DNA of 64,000 bases from the NCBI GenBank assembly GCA_051439505.1, contig JBFRWI010000086.1, forward strand, positions 32,001 to 96,000. The letters are read 5' to 3'. Made by a program: the position numbers and the translations under genes. The notes under the pieces were generated by a model. It ran no database searches. It saw only the letters and a list, made by a program, of their open reading frames with translations, and was not told where the DNA came from. Below, one piece after another: positions 26,847 to 36,751 of this stretch (positions are counted from its first letter, which is position 1; each line of letters opens with the position of its first letter). The DNA is from Hormoscilla sp. (GTDB lineage Bacteria > Cyanobacteriota > Cyanobacteriia > Cyanobacteriales > Desertifilaceae).

Positions 26847-29177
26847 TTATTCTAATTTTTGCAACTGGTCTAGTTGCGGGTCGATAATCTTTTGGCCAGC
26901 GCCAGGAAATTTAATCGCCACAGAGATTTTCTGGCCTTTGCCAAAGACGTGAGTGATTTCGCCAGGGCCAAAGCTGCGGTGAACCACCCGATCGCCCTTA
27001 CGCCAATTTTGACTTGTGCTTGTCCCAGCAATGCGTCCAGGAGATCCCCCCTTCCTAAGGGAACGGCCTAGATGAGGGGAACTCAGCAAGTCGCGAGGTA
27101 GTTCGTCCAAAAACTGAGAAGGAATAGCAGCTTCCCGGTACCCCCCCCAGAGGCGACGTCTCAGGGCATGGGATAGAAACAGCATGTCTTCAGCGCGGGT
27201 AATACCGACATAACACAAGCGGCGTTCTTCCTCCAAGGCAGGCGGATCCTCAATGCTGCGGTAATTGGGAAATAATCCCTGCTCTAATCCTACTAAAAAT
27301 ACTACTGGAAACTCCAATCCTTTGGCAGAATGCAAGGTCATCAAAGAGATTGCTTCTTGTCCCTCTTTTAAGTTATCCAAATCTGAGGCCAGGGCCGCCT
27401 CCGCGATAAAATTCTCTAGATTTGCTTCTTCATTCTCCTCTTCAAATTGCGCGATCGCGTTGAACAGTTCAAAAACATTTTGCCGTCGATCTTCCGCTTC
27501 ATCCGTTCCCTGATTTTTCAAGTCTTCAATGTAACCAGATTCTTCCATTATCCCCCGGGCAATCTCAGAAGCTGTCAGATTATTTACTTCCTGCTTCCAT
27601 TTGGCGATTAACTGGGCAAAACGGATTACTGCTTTGGCCGATCGCCCGGCCATGGTATTCACCGAAGTCTCATCGCTAATTATTTCCCAGAGAGGCACTC
27701 CTAATTCGATCGCCGCATATATCAGCTTGTCAACTGTGGTTTTACCAATGTTGCGTTTGGGAGTATTGATAACGCGGGTGAGACTGATACTATCTGCTGG
27801 GTTTACCAGGATGCGCAGATAGGCCAGGGCGTCTTTCACTTCTTTGCGATCGTAGAATTTGAACCCCCCGACAATCCGATAGGGCAGATTCGATCGCACC
27901 AAAATCTCTTCAAAGGCCCGGGACTGGGCATTAACGCGATAGAGAATAGCAAAGCAACCCCAGTGCAGTTCCGGGTTATCGCCGTTAAGCTGGCGAATTT
28001 TCTGGATAACAAATTCCGCTTCTTCCTGTTCGTTATCAGCGCAATAGCAATAAATTGGATCCCCAGCACCGCGAGTTGGTCTGAGAACTTTCTCAATGCG
28101 TTCTACATTGTTTTCTATCAGATGATTTGCTGCCTCTAAAATCGGTTCCCGCGATCGATAATTTTCTTCCAACTTTACCAGAGTGCGGGTCTCCTCATCG
28201 GGCAGGCGATCGCCAAAATCATGTTGGAAGTCCAGGAGAATGGTAAAATCAGCCATGCGGAAACTATAAATTGACTGGTCGGCATCACCCACTACAAATA
28301 TCGAACGCTGTTCCCAATCATTGAAGCTATAGGAATTTACTCCCCCTGTGGTCAGCAAACGAATCAGGTCGTACTGAGTATGATTGGTATCTTGATATTC
28401 ATCCACGAGGATGTGACGAAAGCGTCGGTTCCAGTAGGCCAATACCTGCTCGTTTTGCCGAAACATCTGCACGGGCACCAGGATCAAATCGTCAAAATCC
28501 AGGGCATTATTTTCGGCCAGCTTCTCTTGGTAGATACTGTATACTTGGGAAATGACGCGACCTTTATAATCCGGCTCCGCTTCCTGATAAGCTTGAGGCG
28601 ACCAGCCTTTATTTTTGCCGTTACTGATGCTATAGCGCACCTTCTTATGGTTAAACTTTTTCGGATCTAGATTCAGTTCCTGAGTAACAATTTGCTTCAC
28701 CAGTTTTTGGGCATCATCTTCGTCAAAAATAGAGAAAGTTTTCGTCCATCTGCGTCCTCGTTCGTCTTGGTATTTTTCGATATCGTAGCGCAGCATCCGC
28801 GCGCACAAAGCATGAAATGTGCCCACCCACAGGGGTTTAATGTAGCGGTGGTAAATGCGCGATCGCAATTTCATCTGCTCTTCGGGGGTCAAAGCTGACC
28901 AAGGTTTATCATACTGGGTGAGAGCCAGTTGTTGGGCAAACAATTGTTCGATGCGATTTTTCATCTCCCGTGCGGCCTTATTAGTAAAAGTGACCGCCAG
29001 GATATTTTCCGGATCGACCCCATGCTTGAGAATGAGGTTAGCGATCCGATAGGTTAAGGCCCTAGTTTTGCCAGAACCAGCTCCAGCGGCGACCAGCAAG
29101 GGACCGCAAAAATGTTCGGCTGCTTGGCGCTGACTGGGGTTAAGGGAACTGAGAATGTCATTTTTAGTTTGTGTCAT
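26847..29177 (-). CDS. pcrA: UvrD/PcrA DNA helicase
   Basis: AGAGSGKT, TFTNKAA, VDEYQD, GDADQSIY, NYRS, HSAKGLEF, EERRLCYVGITRA. Confidence 0.96.
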   Translation of the reverse strand: MTQTKNDILSSLNPSQRQAAEHFCGPLLVAAGAGSGKTRALTYRIANLILKHGVDPENILAVTFTNKAAREMKNRIEQLFAQQLALTQYDKPWSALTPEEQMKLRSRIYHRYIKPLWVGTFHALCARMLRYDIEKYQDERGRRWTKTFSIFDEDDAQKLVKQIVTQELNLDPKKFNHKKVRYSISNGKNKGWSPQAYQEAEPDYKGRVISQVYSIYQEKLAENNALDFDDLILVPVQMFRQNEQVLAYWNRRFRHILVDEYQDTNHTQYDLIRLLTTGGVNSYSFNDWEQRSIFVVGDADQSIYSFRMADFTILLDFQHDFGDRLPDEETRTLVKLEENYRSREPILEAANHLIENNVERIEKVLRPTRGAGDPIYCYCADNEQEEAEFVIQKIRQLNGDNPELHWGCFAILYRVNAQSRAFEEILVRSNLPYRIVGGFKFYDRKEVKDALAYLRILVNPADSISLTRVINTPKRNIGKTTVDKLIYAAIELGVPLWEIISDETSVNTMAGRSAKAVIRFAQLIAKWKQEVNNLTASEIARGIMEESGYIEDLKNQGTDEAEDRRQNVFELFNAIAQFEEENEEANLENFIAEAALASDLDNLKEGQEAISLMTLHSAKGLEFPVVFLVGLEQGLFPNYRSIEDPPALEEERRLCYVGITRAEDMLFLSHALRRRLWGGYREAAIPSQFLDELPRDLLSSPHLGRSLRKGGSPGRIAGTSTSQNWRKGDRVVHRSFGPGEITHVFGKGQKISVAIKFPGAGQKIIDPQLDQLQKLE

Positions 29178-29501
29178 GGCTATTATTCGTTCATAATCAG
29201 CACGAAACTTGCTTGCTGTGAGTATTTATTTCTACCTGTGGGTTGCTAATTGACATCGTTTAATGTCTGTGGAGAATATTTTAACATTCCCTAACGGGTT
29301 ATTGTGGCGATCGCCTCCATGACCCGATCGCCTCTTCTCGCTCATATCCTAGCAGCTGCCAGAGTCTAGTTACTGGACCAGCGATCCCGTTCCAACCGAT
29401 CCCGAGCCCTGACTACTCGCAACCGCTGGCAAAAAACTATGGTAGACTAAAATTCAGACAGGAGTCATTGGTTGGGGTTGCAAGTCTGCCAAACAGATAC
29501 T

Positions 29502-30467
29502 ATGGATGCGATCGAACTACTGAAGCGGTATAAAGCAAAACAGAGAGACTTCCAGGGTGTAGACCTAGAAGGGATCAACCTGCGGAAGGCGACATTGATG
29601 AACATCAACCTGAGTGGAGCCAACCTGAGTAATGCCAACTTGTTTCTTGCCAACCTGAGCGGTGCTAATCTGGCGCAAGCGGATCTGATTAAAGCCGATC
29701 TGTTTGGTGTCAACCTCATCTGTGCGGATTTGAGTGGTGCCGAACTGATTTTTGTCAACCTGATTCAAGCAGACTTAAGTGGTGTTAATCTTATTTGTGC
29801 CAACCTCGCTCAAGCAAACCTGAGTGGTGCCAATCTCGGGGATGCTAACCTCGCTCAAGCTAACCTGGCTGGTGCTAATCTGATTCAAGCGGATCTCAGG
29901 GGTGCTAATTTATCAGGAGCCAACTTAAGTCAGTCTAACCTAGCTTATGCTCAGTTGAACTACGCTGACTTACACCATGCCGATTTAACTGATGCCAATT
30001 TAGCTGGAACTGACTTTACTGACGCCCTGCTGAATGAAGCTAACCTGAAGGGCACCATCCTGCAACCAATGGCACGCAACTATGAATTTCTGCCTCATCA
30101 AAGATTTATGTACTGGAAGCAGCAATTAAGCTTTCATTCCCACCCAGAGCTGGAAATTGCCAAAGCGCTTGACCGAGCAGGAGTCCTTTATTTTCCTAGC
30201 AGTTTAGCGCGGATATGTACATCAGAAGGGCCGAAAAACAAAGAGCCTGACTTTCTGGTTTGCTGCCCAACTCCCCAGGGTTTTAAGTGGGGAATTATTG
30301 AGGTAGATAACCTTAACTACACCCCAGAGCAACAAACCGAAGAACAACAGTGGCATCTACTATTCCAGCAGAACGGAGTACCAGTATACCGATTTGACTG
30401 GAACCGATGTGAAAATGAACCCGAGGATGTGGTACGGGAATTTCTTCAGCTTTTGAATGATTGGTAA
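29502..30467 (+). CDS. Pentapeptide-repeat protein with a C-terminal PD-(D/E)XK-like domain
   Basis: Long A(N/D)L repeat run, then S..E..IAKALD...EPDFLV...GIIEVD. Confidence 0.78.
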   Translation: MDAIELLKRYKAKQRDFQGVDLEGINLRKATLMNINLSGANLSNANLFLANLSGANLAQADLIKADLFGVNLICADLSGAELIFVNLIQADLSGVNLICANLAQANLSGANLGDANLAQANLAGANLIQADLRGANLSGANLSQSNLAYAQLNYADLHHADLTDANLAGTDFTDALLNEANLKGTILQPMARNYEFLPHQRFMYWKQQLSFHSHPELEIAKALDRAGVLYFPSSLARICTSEGPKNKEPDFLVCCPTPQGFKWGIIEVDNLNYTPEQQTEEQQWHLLFQQNGVPVYRFDWNRCENEPEDVVREFLQLLNDW

Positions 30468-30492
30468 ATTCCCTTACTTCCTGATATCAAAC

Positions 30493-31383
30493 CTACATTA
30501 TGGGGGGAGTTGGCCGATCGCCATTCTGAAAGCGCCGCCAAGCCTCTTTAACCGATGCTGGAGCCGGATGGGTAACATCGTAGGTGACAATAATATTGGT
30601 TAAATTCCGCTCGGGGGGAAGCAGAATCTTGCCACTTTGAGCTAGGGCCAGGGATGCGCCGCCATCCAGATTCATCGCTTCATAACAGCCGATCGCCTTC
30701 ATCACTTCTGCCTCTTGCTGTAAAGTCAGGATCGAGAGAAAAGTAATAATAAATATTTTTTGACCGTCGGCAGTAAATCCAATAGCAGTACGATAACTAG
30801 AGCCCAATACATTCGGATCCTTGAAGCCTTCTACCTTGGGGTCGAGCCAAATTTCTCCTGCTTTCATCAGGCGAGGACCGCAGGTGATGGAAAACCAATG
30901 TTCCGTCCAGTCTGGTTTGCCTTCAACCCGCGCGGTAATCATTTCCGGCCTATTCCCTGCTTTCAGTCCCAAAGTCGTACCGAAGTTTTCCCACTGACTG
31001 TATTTCAAGAAACGACCTTCCGAAACCATATTCCCCATCACCCGCTTTTGAGCATCTTGGCTAAAAAACGTACCGTTATTTACCACCGCCGCCCCCGGAT
31101 ACCTAGCTACCATGCGAGCAAAAAGTTCGTCCCCGTTTTGGACTCGGTTGCTATTAGCAAGTCTGGCATTGTTGGCTAGACCGATCGTCATTACCGTTTC
31201 TCGATCGCTCAGGTCAATGGCAGTTTGATAGAAGTTAGCACCAGCAACCGTCCGTTTAGTTACCTGTACGGGGGCGGCCCGAACAGGAGAAGCGATCGCC
31301 ACCCCCTTTGCCACCGCCGCGCCAGCCAAAAATAACAAACTGCGCCGTCCTATTTTTTGCTCGATCGGGAATCTTGTCTGCAT
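30493..31383 (-). CDS. Phosphodiester glycosidase (NAGPA-like) family protein with Tat-like signal
   Basis: GRRSLL signal; NGTFF, GPRL, RTAIG and AMNLDGGAS motifs. Confidence 0.85.
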   Translation of the reverse strand: MQTRFPIEQKIGRRSLLFLAGAAVAKGVAIASPVRAAPVQVTKRTVAGANFYQTAIDLSDRETVMTIGLANNARLANSNRVQNGDELFARMVARYPGAAVVNNGTFFSQDAQKRVMGNMVSEGRFLKYSQWENFGTTLGLKAGNRPEMITARVEGKPDWTEHWFSITCGPRLMKAGEIWLDPKVEGFKDPNVLGSSYRTAIGFTADGQKIFIITFLSILTLQQEAEVMKAIGCYEAMNLDGGASLALAQSGKILLPPERNLTNIIVTYDVTHPAPASVKEAWRRFQNGDRPTPPIM

Positions 31384-31473
31384 TGCCCTAGCCCTAATTT
31401 TCGATGATAGCGTTTTTTTACTTCTTCATTCTTGCTGCCATTAACGAGCTGTCATGGAAAGGCTTTTGTAGTG

Positions 31474-31724
31474 CTAACGCCCGCGAGTACCAAAATCACC
31501 TGCATAGGTGGGAAATTCCATAACTTCTCCCCGAATCATTTGTGCAACTAATTTAGTTACCTTACCACCAATGCGATCGTTAAACTTAAATAATTCCGAT
31601 AATTTAGGATCTTCCACAATAGTGGACAATCTTGGTTCTCTCACATCTCTTTCAACTGTAAATATAAACTTGTATTGTTCCTTCCCCAAATCTTCTGTTT
31701 GATTGCTAAAACTGTTGCTTTCAT
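31474..31724 (-). pseudogene. Probable frameshifted small hypothetical gene
   Basis: ATG at 31724 (MKATVLAIK) is out of frame with a protein-like downstream ORF (EQYKFIFTV...EFPTYAGDFG). Confidence 0.3.
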
Positions 31725-31748
31725 TTTAGCAACCTAACTAACCATTAC

Positions 31749-31807
31749 GGCGTTGCACAACTCCGGGATGATGAGGGTTGCTATCATCGGTAAAAATGTG
31801 CAACGCC
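31749..31807. mobile_element. 59-bp mini-MITE
   Basis: TIR GGCGTTGCAC/GTGCAACGCC and 8-bp TSD ACCATTAC; the right 29 bp recur exactly at 43737-43765. Confidence 0.8.
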
Positions 31808-31973
31808 ACCATTACCAGGTAAGCTGTCGTGCATTTAAATTGCATAGGCCGAGCCGCCGATATCCTTGCTCTCAGGGACTTTCCCAATTTTTAATTTTTA
31901 ATTTTTAATTTTGAATTGCTTAAGGTGGGCAGTGCCCACCCTACATTTAGTAGCGTAAGGTGGACCGATCGCA

Positions 31974-33230
31974 TTATACAGCCGCCGCCGACTTACTCAA
32001 TGCTTCCTTCAACAACTCAACCTTATCCGTTTTTTCCCAAGGCAAGTCCAGATCCGGACGACCGAAGTGACCGTAAGCAGCCACATCCTGATAAAAACGT
32101 CCCCCGCGTTCTCCTGGCAAGTTGCGCAAATTGAACGCCTGAATAATACCTGCTGGGCGGAATTCAAATATCTTCTTCACTGCTTCCAACAGGCTATCTT
32201 CATCTACCTTGCCCGTACCAAAGGTATCAATTAACATGCTCACGGGACGCGCTACCCCGATCGCATATGACAGCTGCACCTCACATTTTTCTGCTAACCC
32301 AGCAGCCACAATATTCTTCGCCGCATATCGACAAGCATAAGCTGCACTGCGGTCTACCTTGGTGGGGTCTTTTCCGGAGAACGCGCCGCCACCGTGACGG
32401 GAATAACCGCCATAGGTATCGACGATAATTTTACGACCCGTTAAGCCCGCATCCCCTTGAGGACCGCCTACCACAAATTTACCCGTCGGGTTCACCAGAA
32501 AGCGGGTTTGATCGTCAGGCTTGGTATCAATATCTGCGAACGTGGGTTCAACCACTGCTGACCACAGGTCTTCTTTAATCTTTGCCTGCACCGCTGCTTC
32601 ATCAGTAATCTCGCCAATACTCGGCGCATGTTGGGTAGAAATCAGAATCGTGTCGATCCCCACAGGCCGTCCGTCTTCATAGGCCACTGTCACCTGACTT
32701 TTCCCATCCGGACGCAGGTAAGGCAATTGTCCTGTTTTCCGCACCGCTGCCAGTCGCCGACAAATCCGATGGGCCAAACTGATCGGTAAAGGCATCATTT
32801 CGGGAGTTTCGTTGCAGGCGAAGCCAAACATCAAACCTTGATCTCCGGCACCCACAGAGTCCAGTTTCTCTTCCGAAGACATCTCCCGTTGTTCCTGGGC
32901 GCTGTTCACCCCTTGGGCAATGTCAGGAGACTGTTCGTCTAAAGCTATCAAAACTGCACAGCTATTGGCAGAGAAGCCACTATCGGCACCCAAGTAACCA
33001 ATCTCAGTGATTTTTTTCCGCGCTAGATCGATAAAGTTAATTTGAGCCTTGGAGGTAATTTCACCCGTAATCAAGACTAAACCCGTGTTGACCACAGCTT
33101 CCGCTGCTACCCTACTGGTGGGGTCTTCCGCCAACAACGCATCCAGGATCGTGTCTGAGATTTGATCGCAGATTTTGTCTGGATGTCCTTCCGTTACGGA
33201 TTCCGAACTAAATAGATAACGACGTGTCAA
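31974..33230 (-). CDS. metK: S-adenosylmethionine synthetase
   Basis: [33 protein letters not shown]. Confidence 0.98.
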   Translation of the reverse strand: MTRRYLFSSESVTEGHPDKICDQISDTILDALLAEDPTSRVAAEAVVNTGLVLITGEITSKAQINFIDLARKKITEIGYLGADSGFSANSCAVLIALDEQSPDIAQGVNSAQEQREMSSEEKLDSVGAGDQGLMFGFACNETPEMMPLPISLAHRICRRLAAVRKTGQLPYLRPDGKSQVTVAYEDGRPVGIDTILISTQHAPSIGEITDEAAVQAKIKEDLWSAVVEPTFADIDTKPDDQTRFLVNPTGKFVVGGPQGDAGLTGRKIIVDTYGGYSRHGGGAFSGKDPTKVDRSAAYACRYAAKNIVAAGLAEKCEVQLSYAIGVARPVSMLIDTFGTGKVDEDSLLEAVKKIFEFRPAGIIQAFNLRNLPGERGGRFYQDVAAYGHFGRPDLDLPWEKTDKVELLKEALSKSAAAV

Positions 33231-33308
33231 TGATATCTCCTTTATTTGCTAAATTCAATTTTTTCACCCATCACCCCTGTCGATCGGGGATCATTGGCTG
33301 ATCCCACT

Positions 33309-34049
33309 TTACCCTATTACTTGCATTTCGTCTGGTTGAGCGATCGCCACCTCTGCCTTTTCCAGATTTACTGTGCCAGTCCATCCCCAGCTGACTCCCA
33401 CCACCCCTGCTGCACCGGCTGCCCTTCCCATATCAAAATCTGCCGGTGAATCTCCTACCATCAATGTACGATCTGGCGCTACTCCCAGCTGCAGACATGC
33501 TTCCTGAAATACTTTAGGGTCCGGTTTATGCAAGTCGGGAAGCACTCCCATCTTTAAGCTTACGTAAGACTCCAGATTGTATGTCTTAACAAAATCTTTA
33601 ACATTTTCCGTGATATCTGAAGATACAATTCCCACCTTCACCCCTGCTGTCCAAAGAGATTTCAGCAGAGGGGCCGCACCTGCAAATATAGGTGTCTCCA
33701 GTGCCTTCCGCTGCATATATCCGTCAGCTTCGTCAAAAGCAGAAGCAACAATTTCCAGAGATGCAATCCAATCGCGACCGGTTTCTGCCACGTAAGCAGC
33801 GGCAGCAATTTCACTTTCCCGACGGCTGCCCACCGCCATTAACCCCCCTGGGTTCAATTGATTTTCCTCCAGTCCCAAGGCCATCAGCAGCGGTTCCCCC
33901 ACACCGGGAATTTGGGCATCAATCAGGCGCGATCGCCTCAGGGCCAGGCTGCGCAAAAAAGCTTCTGAATTCGCCAGGGTACCATCTTTATCAAAAATCA
34001 CCGCCTCGATCTGCGCGAACGTCATCGCACCACACTTAATTCTTGCCAA
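33309..34049 (-). CDS. HAD-family hydrolase
   Basis: IFDKDGTL, KPDP, MVGDS..D; probable TTG start at 34049. Confidence 0.88.
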   Translation of the reverse strand: MARIKCGAMTFAQIEAVIFDKDGTLANSEAFLRSLALRRSRLIDAQIPGVGEPLLMALGLEENQLNPGGLMAVGSRRESEIAAAAYVAETGRDWIASLEIVASAFDEADGYMQRKALETPIFAGAAPLLKSLWTAGVKVGIVSSDITENVKDFVKTYNLESYVSLKMGVLPDLHKPDPKVFQEACLQLGVAPDRTLMVGDSPADFDMGRAAGAAGVVGVSWGWTGTVNLEKAEVAIAQPDEMQVIG

Positions 34050-34129
34050 GGCGTTTACGTTTGCTCCACTCAAATAGCTCAAAATATATGTAGGGTGGGT
34101 ATAATGCCCACCCTACATCAACGCTATAC

Positions 34130-35473
34130 CTACTCAGCCGAAACCAGCTCGGACTCCTTCTGCTCCGTCGCAGTGGGTAATTCTTCTGTCCCAGGGGGGG
34201 TATCCTCTGAAATCTCATCTGCCATCTCATTTGATGTCTCGTCTGATGTTTCAGCTGCCATCTCACTTGATGTCTCATCTGATGTTTCAACTGGCGTTTC
34301 CGCTGCTGTCTCATCTGATGTTTCAACTGGCGTTTCCGCTGCTGTCTCATCTGATGTCTCAACTGGCGTTTCCGCTGCTGTCTCATCTGATATCTCAACT
34401 GGCGTTTCCGCTGCTGTCTCATCCGATATCTCAACTGGCGTTTCCGCTGCTGTCTCATCCGATGTCTCAACTGGCGTTTCCGCTGCTGTCTCATCTGATG
34501 TCTCAACTGGCGTTTCCGCTGCTGTCTCATCTGATGTTTCAGATGCAGTCTCATCTGCTGGTTGTTCGCCTTCCTGTTGAGAGCGCAGTTTTTGGCGATA
34601 TTTTTCTGCCATTTCTTCTGCCTTGTCGTAAACCAGCTGAGGATTTTTCACCATATCCCCTGGTTCTGGCTCCAACTGTTTGGTAGAAAGCGATATCCTG
34701 CCCCGTTCCGCATCCAAGTCAATGATCATCACTTTGATTTCATCATTAACATTGAACACGCTGTGAGGGGTATCGATGTGGTCGTGAGAAATTTCCGAAA
34801 TATGCAGTAGGCCGCTGACACCGCCAATATCGATAAAGGCACCATAAGGTTTGAGTCCCCGCACCGTACCGATGACCACTTCGGTAACTTCCAAGCGGTT
34901 CATCTTCCGCTCCACCAGCGCTCGTCTGTGACTCAGCACTAGCCGGTTCCTTTCTTCGTCTACCTCCAAGAACTTCAGAGGTAGTTCTTCTCCCATCAGA
35001 TCGTCCTTGTTTTTGCGGGTACTGATGTGAGAACCGGGAATAAAGCCCCGCAACCCTTCTATTCTGACCAATGCCCCGCCCCGGTTGGTCGCAAATACTT
35101 GCGATCGCACCGTTGCATCTTCGGCCTGCAACTGTCGCACTCGTTCCCAAGCCCGCATATACTCTATCCGGCGGATGGAAAGCGTCAGTTGTCCGTCTTC
35201 ATTCTCATCTGTCAGGATAAAAAACTCGCGAGTCTCATTCGATTGCAACACTTCCTCCGGACCTTCTATCCGGTTGATTGACATTTCCTGAATCGGTATG
35301 TATGCAGCTGTTTTTGCACCGATGTCAATCAGAGCGCCCCTCGGCTCCAGGTTAAATACCGTTCCCGCGACAATGTCGCCGGGACTAAAGTGATAGTCGT
35401 ACTTGTCGAGTAGGGCTGCGAAATCTGCGTGAGTGAAGCCTATGTCTGTAGCCGTTATTTGCTGATTGACCAT
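34130..35473 (-). CDS. rpsA: 30S ribosomal protein S1 with an acidic repeat tail
   Basis: Three S1 domains (GALIDIG, GFIPGSHIS, GLLHISEIS) plus 7x E(T/I)SDETAAETPV. Confidence 0.95.
   Translation of the reverse strand: MVNQQITATDIGFTHADFAALLDKYDYHFSPGDIVAGTVFNLEPRGALIDIGAKTAAYIPIQEMSINRIEGPEEVLQSNETREFFILTDENEDGQLTLSIRRIEYMRAWERVRQLQAEDATVRSQVFATNRGGALVRIEGLRGFIPGSHISTRKNKDDLMGEELPLKFLEVDEERNRLVLSHRRALVERKMNRLEVTEVVIGTVRGLKPYGAFIDIGGVSGLLHISEISHDHIDTPHSVFNVNDEIKVMIIDLDAERGRISLSTKQLEPEPGDMVKNPQLVYDKAEEMAEKYRQKLRSQQEGEQPADETASETSDETAAETPVETSDETAAETPVETSDETAAETPVEISDETAAETPVEISDETAAETPVETSDETAAETPVETSDETAAETPVETSDETSSEMAAETSDETSNEMADEISEDTPPGTEELPTATEQKESELVSAE
34271..34542. repeat. 36-bp coding tandem repeat (7 full copies plus a partial one)
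   Basis: Units of TGTCTCATCYGATRTYTCAACTGGCGTTTCCGCTGC. Confidence 0.93.
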
Positions 35474-35728
35474 GCTGATTGTTTCCTGGATGATTCTACT
35501 CCTTATTTTTTTGTGTCTTTTACTTCGGTGGACGCTTCCGGTTTGGGAGCCGTCCCAGCCGTGCAGATGAATAGGATCGGATTATCTATTCAGACTGCGG
35601 TGAGCGTCCCCGCGCGTAGCGCTAGTCGAACCGCTCCTGCAAGTCCAGACATATTATCATACCGTAATTTACCCGCTGAGTACAAGCTTTATAACTCAAC
35701 GGGTAGATTTTTTGCCTTTATACTTGTT

Positions 35729-36310
35729 CTAGGTCTGTTTTTCTGGCTCAACCGCTACCTCAGTTAATGATGCTGGCGATGCTGGCAGGGTCCCAGTTGC
35801 GACGTTGCTATTATAGATGTCAGCACCTGCGCCATCTTTGAGCAAACGCATCAAACTGGCCATTTCCAGAGCACTCATGGCATAGTCCCAACCCAGATTA
35901 CTTTTAATGCCCGCCCGTTCCAAGGCTTGCTGCATGGTATCGGTGGTCAAGACGCCAAAGATGACCGGCACTCCCGTCTGTAAGGCTGTGGCCGCAATTC
36001 CCTTGGATACCTCAGCTGAGACGTAGTCAAAATGGGGAGTTTGACCCCGGATCACGGCACCCAAGCCAATTACGGCATCATAGCGATTGCTGAGCACCAG
36101 TTGACGGGCCACGATGGGGATTTCCCAACTGCCAGGCACCCAAGCATAGTCTACTTGAGTGCCTAGAGGATTGATATCGACCCCGTGGCGTTTCAAGCAA
36201 TCTTGACATCCGGCTAACAGCTTGTTTGTGACCAGGTCGTTGAAGCGACCGATCACGATCGCAAACCGTAATGATGAAGCCCGATCGAATGTTCCCTCGA
36301 AAACTGTCAT
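35729..36310 (-). CDS. ribH: 6,7-dimethyl-8-ribityllumazine synthase
   Basis: [29 protein letters not shown]. Confidence 0.96.
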   Translation of the reverse strand: MTVFEGTFDRASSLRFAIVIGRFNDLVTNKLLAGCQDCLKRHGVDINPLGTQVDYAWVPGSWEIPIVARQLVLSNRYDAVIGLGAVIRGQTPHFDYVSAEVSKGIAATALQTGVPVIFGVLTTDTMQQALERAGIKSNLGWDYAMSALEMASLMRLLKDGAGADIYNSNVATGTLPASPASLTEVAVEPEKQT

Positions 36311-36420
36311 GTTATTTGTTGGTGGTCCGTTGCGTAGGACGGGCGGTGCGCCTGTCCAAAGTCACTGTTAACTGGTGGGCAGGGTACGTCGATCGCGACC
36401 ACTGACCGATCGCATACCGT

Positions 36421-36609
36421 TCAAACCACCAAAAAATTCAAGGCACCCACGATCAGCACTAGAAGCACCCAGATCCCAGATCCCAGTAAGATCAGGTTTT
36501 TAGATTGCTCGGAGTCTTCAGGGGAAGCATAGGCGACTGGGACACCTACGACCATGACGAAGGACATGATTACCAGAGCAGCTAGTGTAATTTGAAATAT
36601 GATTGACAT
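36421..36609 (-). CDS. psbZ: Photosystem II protein Z
   Basis: 62 aa, two TM helices, [11 protein letters not shown]; canonical position beside ribH. Confidence 0.93.
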   Translation of the reverse strand: MSIIFQITLAALVIMSFVMVVGVPVAYASPEDSEQSKNLILLGSGIWVLLVLIVGALNFLVV

Positions 36610-36751
36610 GTTTGCTCTCCTAACAACAGCGTCTGACTAGACTATACCAGTACGGCTAGCAATCTTAAGCTACCAAAAAATGATCCTCAAGCGCAGAGAT
36701 TTAACTCCTAGCATGGGGAAAAGACTGACTGCCTTGGTGACGGAGCCAAAT

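Noticed and set aside
34036..34686. Alternative-frame ORFs (QMRQQRKRQLRH and similar)
   Set aside because: Shadows of the 36-bp rps1 repeat
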